Positions 9,709 to 19,209 of a stretch of DNA of 64,000 nucleotides are shown in pieces; position 1 is the first letter of the stretch; each line of letters starts with the position of its first letter. Made by a program: the position numbers and the translations under genes. Source of the DNA: Acidobacteriota bacterium (GTDB lineage Bacteria; Acidobacteriota; UBA6911; RPQK01; JAJDTT01); NCBI GenBank assembly GCA_965209055.1, contig OZ242374.1, positions 3,360,001-3,424,000 on the forward strand, in the 5' to 3' direction. Under the pieces are notes generated by a model. It was not told the DNA's origin. It saw only the letters and a list, made by a program, of their open reading frames with translations, and did no database searches.

Positions 9709-11700
9709 ATGGCGACAGCGAATCTGGACGGAAAGGCGATTCCGGGGCCGTTCTTCTTGGACCCGCGGCGGGTCTGGTTGACTACGGGGATCCTGGCTCT
9801 GGCCCTTTTCGGGGGGAACCGGGAAGCCGCCGGGCAGGAGGACGGCTCCCGGGCAGCGGTGCAAGTGTTGCCGATTCCGGACACGGTGCTGGCGCCCGAA
9901 TGGATGGAAATCCGAGGGGAACTGCAGATCGAAGGCAAGGACACCCTCGGTGTATTTCACGATTTTCGGTTCTCGGACCGCGTCGAAGAGAGTGGGATCG
10001 AGTTCCTTCACCGGATCGTGGATGATTCTGGGAAGTACTGGAAACCGGTGCACTACGACCACGGGAACGGAATTTCCGCCGCGGACGTGGACGGAGACGG
10101 GCTTGAGGACATCTATTTTCTCAACCAGGTCGGAGCCAATCAGCTCTGGAAGAACCTGGGCCGCGGCCGGTTCCGCGACCTGACCGAAGTGGCTGGAGTC
10201 GGCGTGCCCGACAGGATCAGTGTGGCGGCCTCCTTCGCCGACATGGACAACGACGGCGATGCCGACCTCTTCGTCACCACCGTGCGCCAGGGGAACGTCC
10301 TGTTCGAAAACAGGGGCAAGGGCCGGTTCCGGGACGTGACCAGGGAATCGGGCCTCGCCTATACGGGGCACTCATCCGGAAGCGTGTTCTTCGACTACGA
10401 TCGAGACGGCCTCCTGGACCTGCTCGTGACCAATGTGGGCGTTTACACCACCGAGCAGGTCGGCAGGGGAGGTTACTACGTCGGGGTGGACGATGCCTTC
10501 GGGGGCCACCTGAGGCCGGAGCGTACGGAGAAGAGCCTGCTCTACAGGAACCTGGGCGATTGCCGGTTCGAGGAGGTGTCCGGGAAAATGGGACTCGTCG
10601 ATGAAGGTTGGAGCGGCGACGCCAATCCCATCGACGTCAACCGCGACGGTTGGCCCGATCTCTACGTCCTGAACATGCAGGGCAACGATGAGTACTACGA
10701 AAACGTGGAGGGCCGGAAGTTCGTCAAGAAGAGCCGCGAGTTGTTTCCCAAAACCCCGTGGGGATCGATGGGGATCCAGGTCTTCGATTTCGACAACGAC
10801 GGGCGCATGGACATCTTTCTCACCGATATGCATTCGGACATGAGCGAAGGCATCCCTCCCCTCTTCGAGAAGCTCAAGTCGAACATGCAATGGACTCCGT
10901 CGCGCCTGGGCATTCCGCGGGAGGAGAGCATCTACGGGAATGCGTTCTATCTGAACCAGGGTCAAGGGCGATTCCGGGAAATCTCCGATCAGGTCGGCGC
11001 GGAGAACTACTGGCCCTGGGGCCTCAGCGCCGGAGATCTGAATGCCGACGGCTACATTGACGCCTTCATCGCGTCGAGCATGAACTATCCATTCCGTTAC
11101 GGGGTCAATTCGGTCCTGCTCAATGACGGGGGAAAGACCTTTCGGGACAGCGAATTCATCCTGGGAGTGGAGCCCAGGCGCGGAAACCGTACGGCCCGGC
11201 CCTGGTTCGAACTCGACTGTGACGGCGAGGACAAGACGCATTCAAGTTGCCGGCAAAAGAGCGGGCGATTCGTGGTCTGGGCCGCCTTGGGGTCTCGCTC
11301 ATCGGTGATATTCGACTTGGATGGCGACGGCGATCAGGACATCGTCACCAACGAGTTCAACTCCGAACCGATGGTGCTGGTCAGCGATCTGGCAGAGAAA
11401 AAGCCGATCAGCTATCTGAAGGTGAAGCTGCAGGGTGAGCGAAGCAACCGGGACGGTCTGGGCGCACGGGTGACGCTGCAGACCGGCACCCGAAGTTATA
11501 CTCGGGTCCACGATGGCAAATCGGGCTACCTCTCACAGAGCCGGCTGCCCCTGTACTTCGGACTGGGGAATTCGAATACCGTGGACCGGATCGAGGTGAT
11601 CTGGCCCTCCGGGGAACGCCAAGTTGTTTCGGGTCCCATCCCGACCAACCAACAATTGGAAATCAGGGAACCGGACGCGACAAGCGCCGGTTCCGAATGA
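9709..11700 (+). CDS. CRTAC1-family FG-GAP/ASPIC-UnbV protein (divergent subtype)
   Basis: DVDGDG/DMDNDG repeats and SGYLSQSRLPLYFGLG. Confidence 0.88.
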   Translation: MATANLDGKAIPGPFFLDPRRVWLTTGILALALFGGNREAAGQEDGSRAAVQVLPIPDTVLAPEWMEIRGELQIEGKDTLGVFHDFRFSDRVEESGIEFLHRIVDDSGKYWKPVHYDHGNGISAADVDGDGLEDIYFLNQVGANQLWKNLGRGRFRDLTEVAGVGVPDRISVAASFADMDNDGDADLFVTTVRQGNVLFENRGKGRFRDVTRESGLAYTGHSSGSVFFDYDRDGLLDLLVTNVGVYTTEQVGRGGYYVGVDDAFGGHLRPERTEKSLLYRNLGDCRFEEVSGKMGLVDEGWSGDANPIDVNRDGWPDLYVLNMQGNDEYYENVEGRKFVKKSRELFPKTPWGSMGIQVFDFDNDGRMDIFLTDMHSDMSEGIPPLFEKLKSNMQWTPSRLGIPREESIYGNAFYLNQGQGRFREISDQVGAENYWPWGLSAGDLNADGYIDAFIASSMNYPFRYGVNSVLLNDGGKTFRDSEFILGVEPRRGNRTARPWFELDCDGEDKTHSSCRQKSGRFVVWAALGSRSSVIFDLDGDGDQDIVTNEFNSEPMVLVSDLAEKKPISYLKVKLQGERSNRDGLGARVTLQTGTRSYTRVHDGKSGYLSQSRLPLYFGLGNSNTVDRIEVIWPSGERQVVSGPIPTNQQLEIREPDATSAGSE

Positions 11701-11709
11701 GGTGAAACC

Positions 11710-12741
11710 ATGAGCAAGGAAACCGTGAGCAAGAGAGTGTCTCGATGGTGGGTGGGTGTTCTGGGAGCGGCGGCTTTGGCCATTGCCGGTCCGGGCTGTG
11801 GCGGTTCGCCCCCAGGGGAGCCGGCAGCTGAGGAGCCGGCAGCCGAGGAGACCACGGCTCCCAGCCTGGTGACGCAGGCGGAGCACGAAGCCACCAAGGC
11901 CAAGTTGACGGTGCAGTTCAGCGACGATTTCAACCAGGTTTATGGTCCTCCGGACCAATTCGACCTGAAGCGGTGGACCCGCATGCCGACGGCCCGGGCG
12001 CGAATCCGGGACGGACATTGGCTGCTCGAGGTTGAGCGCGCGCCCCCGCCCGGTCCCGGCGAAGCCGTCCTGGGCGGTTTCGGCACCACCGGGAAGTACT
12101 TCAATCCCGGATTGGCCGGCACCAACGGCGCGGAGGTGACCGTCGGCGTGTTCAGCCACGAGGACTACCCAAAGGAAATGGACGAGAAGGGACAACTGGT
12201 CCAGGCGTGGAGCATCACGCTGGGCAGTTGGCACGGTTTCGTGGGTGGCCAGGAGGAGGAGGATCGGGGGGTGCAGCTCCATTTCGACCTGTTGCGGGAC
12301 GACGGGCTCTTTGTCTACCTGGTGCGCGGTCTCAGGCCCGATGACTTCGAGAAGTATCCGAGGGACAAGTTCGGGACCGAAGAAGCCAAGACGATGACCC
12401 CCCAGGAACTCAGGGTCGCCCATGAGGCGGCCATCGCAACGGGTGGTCCCTATGTGACCGTTCCCTGCATGGCGCTCGCCACCCGGGTTTATCGGGACCC
12501 GGCGGAGATCGCCGACTTGCTGGAGCGGCCCCGGCGCTGGGGAGTCTACCTGACCGACGACGCCAACACCGTCTACTGGACCCTGGACGACCAGGTGATG
12601 GACGTCCTGGACATCACCGGTTACTTCAGTTCCTCACCCAAGTCGGTGGAGGACGGCGCCCTCATCTCCATCATGGGCGTCGCCACGCACCAGCTCAACG
12701 TCTGGAAGATGGACGATCTGGCGTTTCTCGCGTCTCCCTGA
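11710..12741 (+). CDS. Hypothetical lipoprotein
   Basis: Signal peptide ending AGPGC, then EPAAEEPAAEE linker; in operon context. Confidence 0.7.
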   Translation: MSKETVSKRVSRWWVGVLGAAALAIAGPGCGGSPPGEPAAEEPAAEETTAPSLVTQAEHEATKAKLTVQFSDDFNQVYGPPDQFDLKRWTRMPTARARIRDGHWLLEVERAPPPGPGEAVLGGFGTTGKYFNPGLAGTNGAEVTVGVFSHEDYPKEMDEKGQLVQAWSITLGSWHGFVGGQEEEDRGVQLHFDLLRDDGLFVYLVRGLRPDDFEKYPRDKFGTEEAKTMTPQELRVAHEAAIATGGPYVTVPCMALATRVYRDPAEIADLLERPRRWGVYLTDDANTVYWTLDDQVMDVLDITGYFSSSPKSVEDGALISIMGVATHQLNVWKMDDLAFLASP

Positions 12742-12834
12742 CGGAAGGTTGTCCTCCATTCGGGACTCGTTTCGGTTCCATCCGAAGGAGGAGGAGAGCG
12801 TGGGCCAACTGAGGTCCCCCAGTCCTGGACAGGC

Positions 12835-14100
12835 ATGATCACCTCCGTTTTTGCGATTCAATTCATGGCGTTGACATTCCTCCTGGCGTCTCTCCTGGTG
12901 GCGCCGCCGCTCGCGGCACAGGACTGGCCCGAGTTTCGCGGACCGACCGCCCAGGGACACTCGGATGCCGTCGGGCTGCCCCTGATCTGGAGCGAAGCCG
13001 GGAACGTCGCCTGGAAAGTCCCCATTCCCGGGCAGGGTTGGTCCTCGCCCGTCATGCGCGACGGCAAGATCTGGCTGACCACCGGGATTTCCCAGGAGGA
13101 CTCACCGCAGGCGCGCCACTCGCTTCGCGCCCTGGGGCTGGACTTCGATTCGGGCCGTCTCCTGCACGACGTCGAGGTCATCGCGCTGGAGGGTTCCCCC
13201 TCGCTGCACACCAAGAACTCGTCGGCGTCTCCGACGCCGATCCTGGAAGCGGACCGGGTCTACGTCCACTTCGGCGACTTCGGCACGGCGGCCCTCGACG
13301 CCCGGGGCAAGATTCTCTGGAAGAGCCGCAACCTGCGCTACGTGGAGCAGTACGGACCCGGGTCGACACCGGCCATCGCGGATGACCTGCTCCTGATCAG
13401 TTGCGACGGCACCGATACCCAGTTCGTCGCGGCGTTGGACAAGAACGACGGCACGGTGCGGTGGAAGACCTTGCGCGAGGACGGCGACATGGCCTATTCG
13501 ACGCCTCTGGTCATCGACGCCGCCGGTCGGCGTCAGGTCATCAGCACCGGTGGCAACGTGGCCGCCTCCTACGAACTGACGACCGGCAAGAAGCTCTGGT
13601 GGATCCGGTACATCGGTTTCTCCCAGGTTCCCCGGCCCCTCTTCGTCCACGGTCTGGTCTACCTGGTCAATCCCGCGCTGGGCAGGCCCGAGTTGTATGC
13701 CGTTCGGCCCGACGGCCGCGGCGACGTCACCCAGTCGCACGTGGTCTGGAAGTGGCAGCGCGGGGTTCCCATCACGCCCTCTCCCCTGATCGTCGGACGG
13801 GAGATCTACTTCGTCAGCGACGGAGGTGTCCTCACCTGCCTGGACGCGCGGGAAGGGACTCTCCACTGGCGGGAACGGCTGGGAGGGAACTTCTCCGCCT
13901 CTCCCGCCTTCGCCGACGGCAAGATCTTCCTTCTGGACGAGGACGGCAAGACGACGGTCATCAAGCCGGGACGGCGTTTCGACCAGTTGGCGGAAAACCA
14001 ATTGGACGGACAGACCCTGGCGTCCATGGCCATCGCCGGCCGGTCGCTCCTGATTCGCAGCGACACCCACCTGTATCGGATCGAAAAATCCGCCAGATAG
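12835..14100 (+). CDS. PQQ-binding-like beta-propeller repeat protein (BamB-like)
   Basis: DWPEFRGP, GWSSPV and repeated ALDxxxGxxxW units. Confidence 0.9.
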   Translation: MITSVFAIQFMALTFLLASLLVAPPLAAQDWPEFRGPTAQGHSDAVGLPLIWSEAGNVAWKVPIPGQGWSSPVMRDGKIWLTTGISQEDSPQARHSLRALGLDFDSGRLLHDVEVIALEGSPSLHTKNSSASPTPILEADRVYVHFGDFGTAALDARGKILWKSRNLRYVEQYGPGSTPAIADDLLLISCDGTDTQFVAALDKNDGTVRWKTLREDGDMAYSTPLVIDAAGRRQVISTGGNVAASYELTTGKKLWWIRYIGFSQVPRPLFVHGLVYLVNPALGRPELYAVRPDGRGDVTQSHVVWKWQRGVPITPSPLIVGREIYFVSDGGVLTCLDAREGTLHWRERLGGNFSASPAFADGKIFLLDEDGKTTVIKPGRRFDQLAENQLDGQTLASMAIAGRSLLIRSDTHLYRIEKSAR

Positions 14101-14132
14101 GAGCTTCCGGTTTCCTGCCGCCCACTGGAGGG

Positions 14133-14147
14133 GGGACTGTTAGTCCC
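14133..14147 (+). repeat. Left attachment-site core GGGACTGTTAGTCCC
   Basis: Identical to 34723-34737; dyad GGGA-CTGTTAG-TCCC. Confidence 0.85.
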
Positions 14148-14184
14148 AACTGTCCCTAAGTCAAAGACTACCGAACATTAACGT

Positions 14185-14270
14185 TTTCAATTATTTACCG
14201 GGTTCTTCGCCGAATCGGTAAAGTGGTTGACTCTCCATGTTTGACATGCTGAACAGGCAACAAACAGGCA
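14185..14270 (+). promoter_or_regulatory. IHF-like site and tandem integrase arm-type sites, left end
   Basis: TTTCAATTATTTA (14185-14197) is one mismatch from WATCAANNNNTTR; tandem AACAGGCA at 14252-14270 recurs at 34614-34628. Confidence 0.65.
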
Positions 14271-14316
14271 GCCGAATCGGTTCCTGAAAGCCGACGCGCC
14301 CTTTTTCCCTCTTCCG

Positions 14317-14748
14317 TTGCCTGGCTCAGAGACATTATCGAATGGGCTTTGCCGACCGTTGGTCGTCACCGGAGGACTCTGCCTGAGGCCGAAGGTGTCT
14401 GACTTCGAATGGCTCGGCATTCCCAAGAATCGGCATCCCCGGCCAGTGTACTACGGCGCGGTGGGGAAGACCCGCCGCTACATGGCGTTCAAACTGCCGA
14501 TTGCCTTCGAGGCGACCCGGACCATCTTCGTCCGTGTCGATCCGGGGCACTCGACCGACCAGGGCCTGCTCAACTCCTACGGCGGGGTGACGGCCGCCTT
14601 GAAGCGGGCGGTCGAGTTGCAACCAGCGGCGGAAGGCCGCTCCTTCCAGGTCGTGATTGACGGTGAACGCACGTGGCAGTCGCAACGGCTGATGGAGGCT
14701 CGTTTCGGCAGTGCGAAAAGAGGGTCTCGCGCCCGCTCCGGGATGTGA
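14317..14748 (+). pseudogene. Fragment of an MGE-associated hypothetical protein (copy 1 of 3)
   Basis: RYMAFKLPIA...FVRVDPG matches RYFPRKLPLA...FVYVGPG (18003 ORF); SYGGVTAALKRAV matches SYGGVTPALKRAI (18694 ORF). Confidence 0.6.
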
Positions 14749-14883
14749 ATGGGACAAAGGGGGTGGATTCACAAAAAGCGGTTCCGGTGACTCACAAATC
14801 CGTCTCCCCCGATCCTTTGTCGTTTCAATCAGTTACGGACCCATTTCCGGCCACCGGGTGGCCGCACGGGGAAAATGGAGGTG

Positions 14884-14980
14884 GACGGGAGCGACCCCCC
14901 CTTTTTGCCGCCCGGTGCGGGCGCGGGGGTGCTGCGCAATTCACATTTGCGCAGCACCCCCTGGGGGGGTCGCTCCCGTC
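14884..14980 (+). repeat. Nested hairpin module, copy 1
   Basis: Perfect 18-bp IR GACGGGAGCGACCCCCCC (14884-14901/14963-14980) enclosing a 15-bp stem (14925-14939/14947-14961). Confidence 0.85.
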
Positions 14981-15509
14981 TCAATTATCCTAGCGGACTG
15001 TTTCTATAAAGTCCGTAAACCATAATATATAAACGAGTTATGAAAATTCTACCACCGCTCTTCCCCCCATTCTTTCCACCGGGTTGAATTGGATGTCTTT
15101 GGCCCTTCGTGGCCGTGAACGGACGTACCCGTTCGGCCAAGCCGTGGAAGAGCGGTCGGTCGGCATCCTCGCCGCAGTGATCAGATCCTGTCGGGTTGCG
15201 GTCGTGCTTGAACCACTTTTCGCGGCGGAAAGACCTCCCTGGGAAAGGATAACGGCAGGTGATCGTCGGCCGCAAAGTCCTTACGCGGCACGCGATCCGA
15301 CCGCATCGTTCCGGACGCCATGGGTCACCTTATCCGCTCCGTGCCTCCACCCCGTCGGAGGTGGAAGAGTGGCGCTTCGTCAGATGCTCGCCCTCCATTG
15401 AGCGCGAGGCCGAAGGTCCGGCTCAGGAAGTCGATCCCCACGGCTTGACCGAACGGTTACGCGTTCAAGTCCTCCGTTGCGAAGACCCGGCGGCGTTGGC
15501 CAACGGCAG

Positions 15510-15724
15510 ATGGAGTTGGCGGCAACGCTGGGCGATCGTTACGACCACACGAAGATCTCCCATGTGGAGAAGCGACACTAGGCACTGCTACTGGATGGGG
15601 CGGTTAAGGCAACGCGCGAGTTGAAGAAAATCGAGGAGGAGTGGCCGGGTCTCAACTACGGGCTGACGCGGGGCATCCTCATTGTCGAGCCATCCGCACC
15701 TTCGGTTCTCTCACTCACCCAGTA
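15510..15724 (+). pseudogene. Possible XRE-type HTH regulator remnant
   Basis: MELAATLGDRYDHTKISHVEKRH*ALLLDGAVKATREL has an HTH-like pattern with an internal stop. Confidence 0.35.
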
Positions 15725-16049
15725 GGCGGCGCGGTACTTTCCACATCCCCCAGGGACTTTTCGTACCAATGCCTAGAGTTTTCTTCTCTTCACTTAGTGC
15801 GGCCTGGACTGTAACGGGGAGTTCCAACAGACTGACCGGGAGCATGAAGCGAAAGAACGAGTCACAGCTAGTGAGTGACAGTCGAGGACTTCTACCGGAG
15901 TTGCCTCCAAGCGCGGTTCGCGGGTTGGTAAGGGGACGGATCGCTGGTGGGAAAAAGCGTGCGCCTCTCTGAGATCATCTTACGGACGGAAAGGAAAAAG
16001 GGAACTATACAAGCCTGTTCGAGAACCAGATTGGACACAGGGGGAGAGA

Positions 16050-16958
16050 ATGACCACTGAGCTTAGACACCTAGAACCTGTCGATCTCCGAGAAGTTTGG
16101 CCTGACGAAAAGGTAGATTTCACTCCTTGGATCGCCGCCAACCTCGAAGTGCTGAGGAGTCCACTGGGAATGGAACTGATAGACCCGGTGCTGGAGCGGC
16201 CAGTCGGTCACTATCAGGCGGACATTGTTTGCAGGGAAGTCAAAACTAACGCCACGGTGGTGATTGAGAATCAACTGGAGCCGACTGATCATGATCATCT
16301 CGGCAAGCTCATCACCTACTCAGCGGGGTTGAAAGCTGACATCAGCATCTGGATTGCCAAGAAATTCAAACACGAACATCATGATGCGCTCCACTGGCTG
16401 AACAAGACCAACGGCGACAAGGATCAATTCTATGGCATCGAGGTCCACGTGCGGTCGAACGAAGATTCGTACGAACCGAAGTTTGTCAAAGTCGACCTCT
16501 CGAAACCCGCACGACGCCCACAGTCATCGCAAAAAAAACGTTACGAAGAATACGGGAGTGCTCTTAACACGTTTCTCAAGTCCAAATTCCCGGACGGACC
16601 GTGGAAGGGTATGACGGGGGGCAATATGGAATACACTGCAGGATACCCTGGGAAGAAATCTGGGGGGCCGTTTGGATTGACCGTAATGCCAAACAAGCCG
16701 GAGCACCGTGTGCGGGTAAAGGTATGGGGTCCAAAAGAGCATTTGCGCCGTCTCAAAAGGCGAGAGGAACTCAACAGGTTAGACGGCTTGAAGTGGGGAC
16801 CCCCAAAGAAGTCCGAGGGGAATTTCCACTGCACCCTTCCCGCTGATCCGAAAGAGAAGTCGGATTGGTGCCGGCAACACAAGTGGATCGCGGACTGTCT
16901 GAATAAAATGCATGAGGTATTCCTCCCACTCGTAAAAGAACTGATCCGTGGCGATTAG
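16050..16958 (+). CDS. DUF4268-type protein with N-terminal NucS-like PD-(D/E)XK nuclease domain
   Basis: VDLREVWPDE..DFTPWIA, ADIVC...VVIENQLEPTDHDHLGKLITY; lower GC. Confidence 0.75.
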   Translation: MTTELRHLEPVDLREVWPDEKVDFTPWIAANLEVLRSPLGMELIDPVLERPVGHYQADIVCREVKTNATVVIENQLEPTDHDHLGKLITYSAGLKADISIWIAKKFKHEHHDALHWLNKTNGDKDQFYGIEVHVRSNEDSYEPKFVKVDLSKPARRPQSSQKKRYEEYGSALNTFLKSKFPDGPWKGMTGGNMEYTAGYPGKKSGGPFGLTVMPNKPEHRVRVKVWGPKEHLRRLKRREELNRLDGLKWGPPKKSEGNFHCTLPADPKEKSDWCRQHKWIADCLNKMHEVFLPLVKELIRGD

Positions 16959-17013
16959 AGGAGGCGAAGATCCCGAGAATGGCTCACAGTCGCAACGGGC
17001 TTCCAGGGAAGTA

Positions 17014-17289
17014 CTATTTTCCAGTAATCACCCAGTCCAGGAACTTGTTGAGCAGGACCGCGAGGCTGGCGATCGTGATGCCAGCCTTCCACATCTTGGA
17101 CTCAAGAGCGGTGGTGGAAACCTGTAGGTCCGCTTTGACCTCGACAATCTCGGCCTTTACAGCGGCCACATCCTCCTTGGTGGCCAACTGGTCGCTGATC
17201 GGAATAGCACTAGCTGCGGCCCGAGCCTTTGACTCTGGCGCACCGGCAGCTACCAGCGCGTCATAGACTTCACTCACCATGACTCCCAT
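17014..17289 (-). CDS. Small coiled-coil protein with C-terminal TM helix (DUF1640/CCDC90-like)
   Basis: YDALVAAGAPESKARAAA, LATKEDV, heptad repeats, hydrophobic tail; RBS GGAGG. Confidence 0.6.
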   Translation of the reverse strand: MGVMVSEVYDALVAAGAPESKARAAASAIPISDQLATKEDVAAVKAEIVEVKADLQVSTTALESKMWKAGITIASLAVLLNKFLDWVITGK

Positions 17290-17314
17290 GAGCTTTCCTC
17301 CAACTCAGCCCAGT

Positions 17315-17731
17315 TTACCTTCTCGCCGATAGATCATGCAGCATCGGAAGGCCGTCCAGAGGTGCAGACCAGGACGAAATCTTCCCGGCGCTCAACGACT
17401 TCCAACACGGTGGCGGACCAAGTGCCCCGCCGGCGCGTCGGGGTTTCGATGTGGCACCCAGCCAAGTTCTTGGGGTGCTTGCCCGGGTTGCCCCGGTAGG
17501 ATGAACTCCAAAAGCCATACCCTTCATTTGTTCGGCCTGGACCGCGCGAAGCGGCGAGCGGACCCAGGCGCCGACGTTCACATTGCGTTCCGACTTCAGA
17601 CATTCCGGGGCTCTATCCAGATCGTCGTCAAGGCGGTATTCATCCTTCAAGCGTACCACAGTGGCACCTGTAGCCTGTGGTGGTACATAGATGATTTTGT
17701 CGTGGGGGAATTGGACGTCTTCGATGGCCAC
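17315..17731 (-). CDS. Hypothetical protein, possibly frameshifted
   Basis: ATG with GAGGAG upstream; overlapping ORF 17334-17603 may hold the true C-terminus. Confidence 0.3.
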   Translation of the reverse strand: MAIEDVQFPHDKIIYVPPQATGATVVRLKDEYRLDDDLDRAPECLKSERNVNVGAWVRSPLRAVQAEQMKGMAFGVHPTGATRASTPRTWLGATSKPRRAGGALGPPPCWKSLSAGKISSWSAPLDGLPMLHDLSARR

Positions 17732-17780
17732 AACCGGGCTTCAGGAATCTCCTCAGGGGCCTTCCCGCAGGGATCATTAG

Positions 17781-17877
17781 GACGGGAGCGACCCCCCCAG
17801 GGGGTGTTGCGCAGATGTAAATTGCGCCACACCCCCGTGCCCGCGCCGGGCAGCAAAACGGGGGGGTCGCTCCCGTC
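17781..17877 (-). repeat. Nested hairpin module, copy 2 (inverted relative to copy 1)
   Basis: Same 18-bp IR; reverse complement aligns to copy 1, with similarity extending to ~18020; ATCCCTGCGGGAAGGC at 17774-17759. Confidence 0.85.
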
Positions 17878-18002
17878 CACCTCCGCTTTCCCCGTGCGGG
17901 CGCGGCGAAGCCGGGAATGTGGCCGGAACTGCATGAGCGACAAAGAGATCGGGGAAATCGGAGGTGTAAGTCAAAAGGCTTCCGGGATGTAACTCGCGTC
18001 CT

Positions 18003-18457
18003 TTGTCTCCCTTACACCTCCCGATCGACACCGGGAAGCCCTTTCGCCTCCCCATGAACCTCGTCGATCCGCAGGTGACGCAGCTGTCGCAGGCGCTGCA
18101 GGCGCTGGGCCTTTCCCGGCGGCTGTTCCCGTGCCGCCACTATGCCGGCCATGCCCAGGGACGGAGCCGGTACTTCCCCCGCAAGCTCCCCCTGGCCCTG
18201 GAGGAGGACCGGGCGACCTTCGTCTATGTTGGTCCCGGCCGGGACACCGACTCGGAACTGCTCTCGTTGGGGGTGCGGAGCACGCCCGGCTCTGGACCGC
18301 GCTACGCGCACAAGACCATCCGGTTCACGTGGTCGCGGTGGCCCGCGACGACCTCCGCCGGGAGCGGGCCGGGAAGGTCCTGCGGCGCTGGGCCAGCCCG
18401 AGTCCCAAGGCCGTGTTCCACCTCCGGGGGCCTGCCCGGCGAAGTCCCGGGATGTGA
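18003..18457 (+). pseudogene. Frameshifted fragment of the MGE-associated hypothetical protein (copy 2)
   Basis: Coding similarity is split across ORFs 18003 and 18131; ends CCGGGATGTGA like 14317-14748. Confidence 0.55.
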
Positions 18458-18592
18458 AACACACATGGGGGGGTGTGTTCCACTCTCGGAGCGGCGAGTG
18501 TTACACGCTCCCTTTCCGCCATCCTGTTGAGCCCCTTCGGTTTGTCCCCGCCCTCCGGGAGGAGGCGCGCCCGGACGGGGAGTCCGGGTAGG

Positions 18593-18701
18593 AGAAGTGA
18601 GCGACCCCCCTGTTTTCGTGCCTCGCACGTCACGCAGGCGCTGCCGGTGTTCCACTCCGTTGCACACCGGCGCGGCATGCGCGGGGGGGTCGCTCACTTC
18701 T
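18593..18701 (+). repeat. Hairpin module, copy 3 (divergent)
   Basis: Perfect 18-bp IR AGAAGTGAGCGACCCCCC (18593-18610/18684-18701); ATCCCTGCGGGAAGGC at 18708-18723. Confidence 0.8.
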
Positions 18702-18960
18702 TCATCGATCCCTGCGGGAAGGCCTCTGCGAAGATCGGGATAGGGAGAATTCCAGCCTGTCGTGAGAAAATGCGCCGCATGGGAGAGGACAACGGAAACT
18801 TGCAATGGGAGGCAAAGCAAGCGGCCAGGCGCTTGTCGATGGTCACCTCGACGGCGCGACCGGTTGCCAACGGTTCCAACCCGATCGCCCGCTTCAGCGC
18901 GGGCGTCACCCCGCCGTAGGAACCGAGCCGCGTGTGCTGGATCGCTGACGGAAACGCGAG
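18694..18960 (-). pseudogene. C-terminal fragment of the MGE-associated hypothetical protein (copy 3)
   Basis: LGSYGGVTPALKRAIGLEPLATGRAVEVTID aligns with LNSYGGVTAALKRAVELQPAAEGRSFQVVID; boundaries approximate. Confidence 0.5.
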
Positions 18961-19209
18961 GAACCTCCACTGGGTGGTGCAGAGTTCGCAGACCACAAAA
19001 CGGACTGCGCCCGTTGGTAGGAATCCCCGCTCCGGCAACGCCTCGCGGTGGATCCTGGACGATGTCCAATGGCCTATCCCCAACCCTTGGTCCGGCCTCG
19101 CCAAGCCAACACAGGCCATATGTTGCGGTCCGGATTATGTGGCGGACAGTCCGTATCATCCTGCTGCACGTGAGAACACACCGTATCTCAGCAACATAAT
19201 CTCCTTCAC

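Noticed and set aside
14884-18701. Hairpin modules as rho-independent terminators or integron attC sites
   Set aside because: No U-tract after the stems, no RYYYAAC/GTTRRRY ends, and no IntI-type integrase recognised
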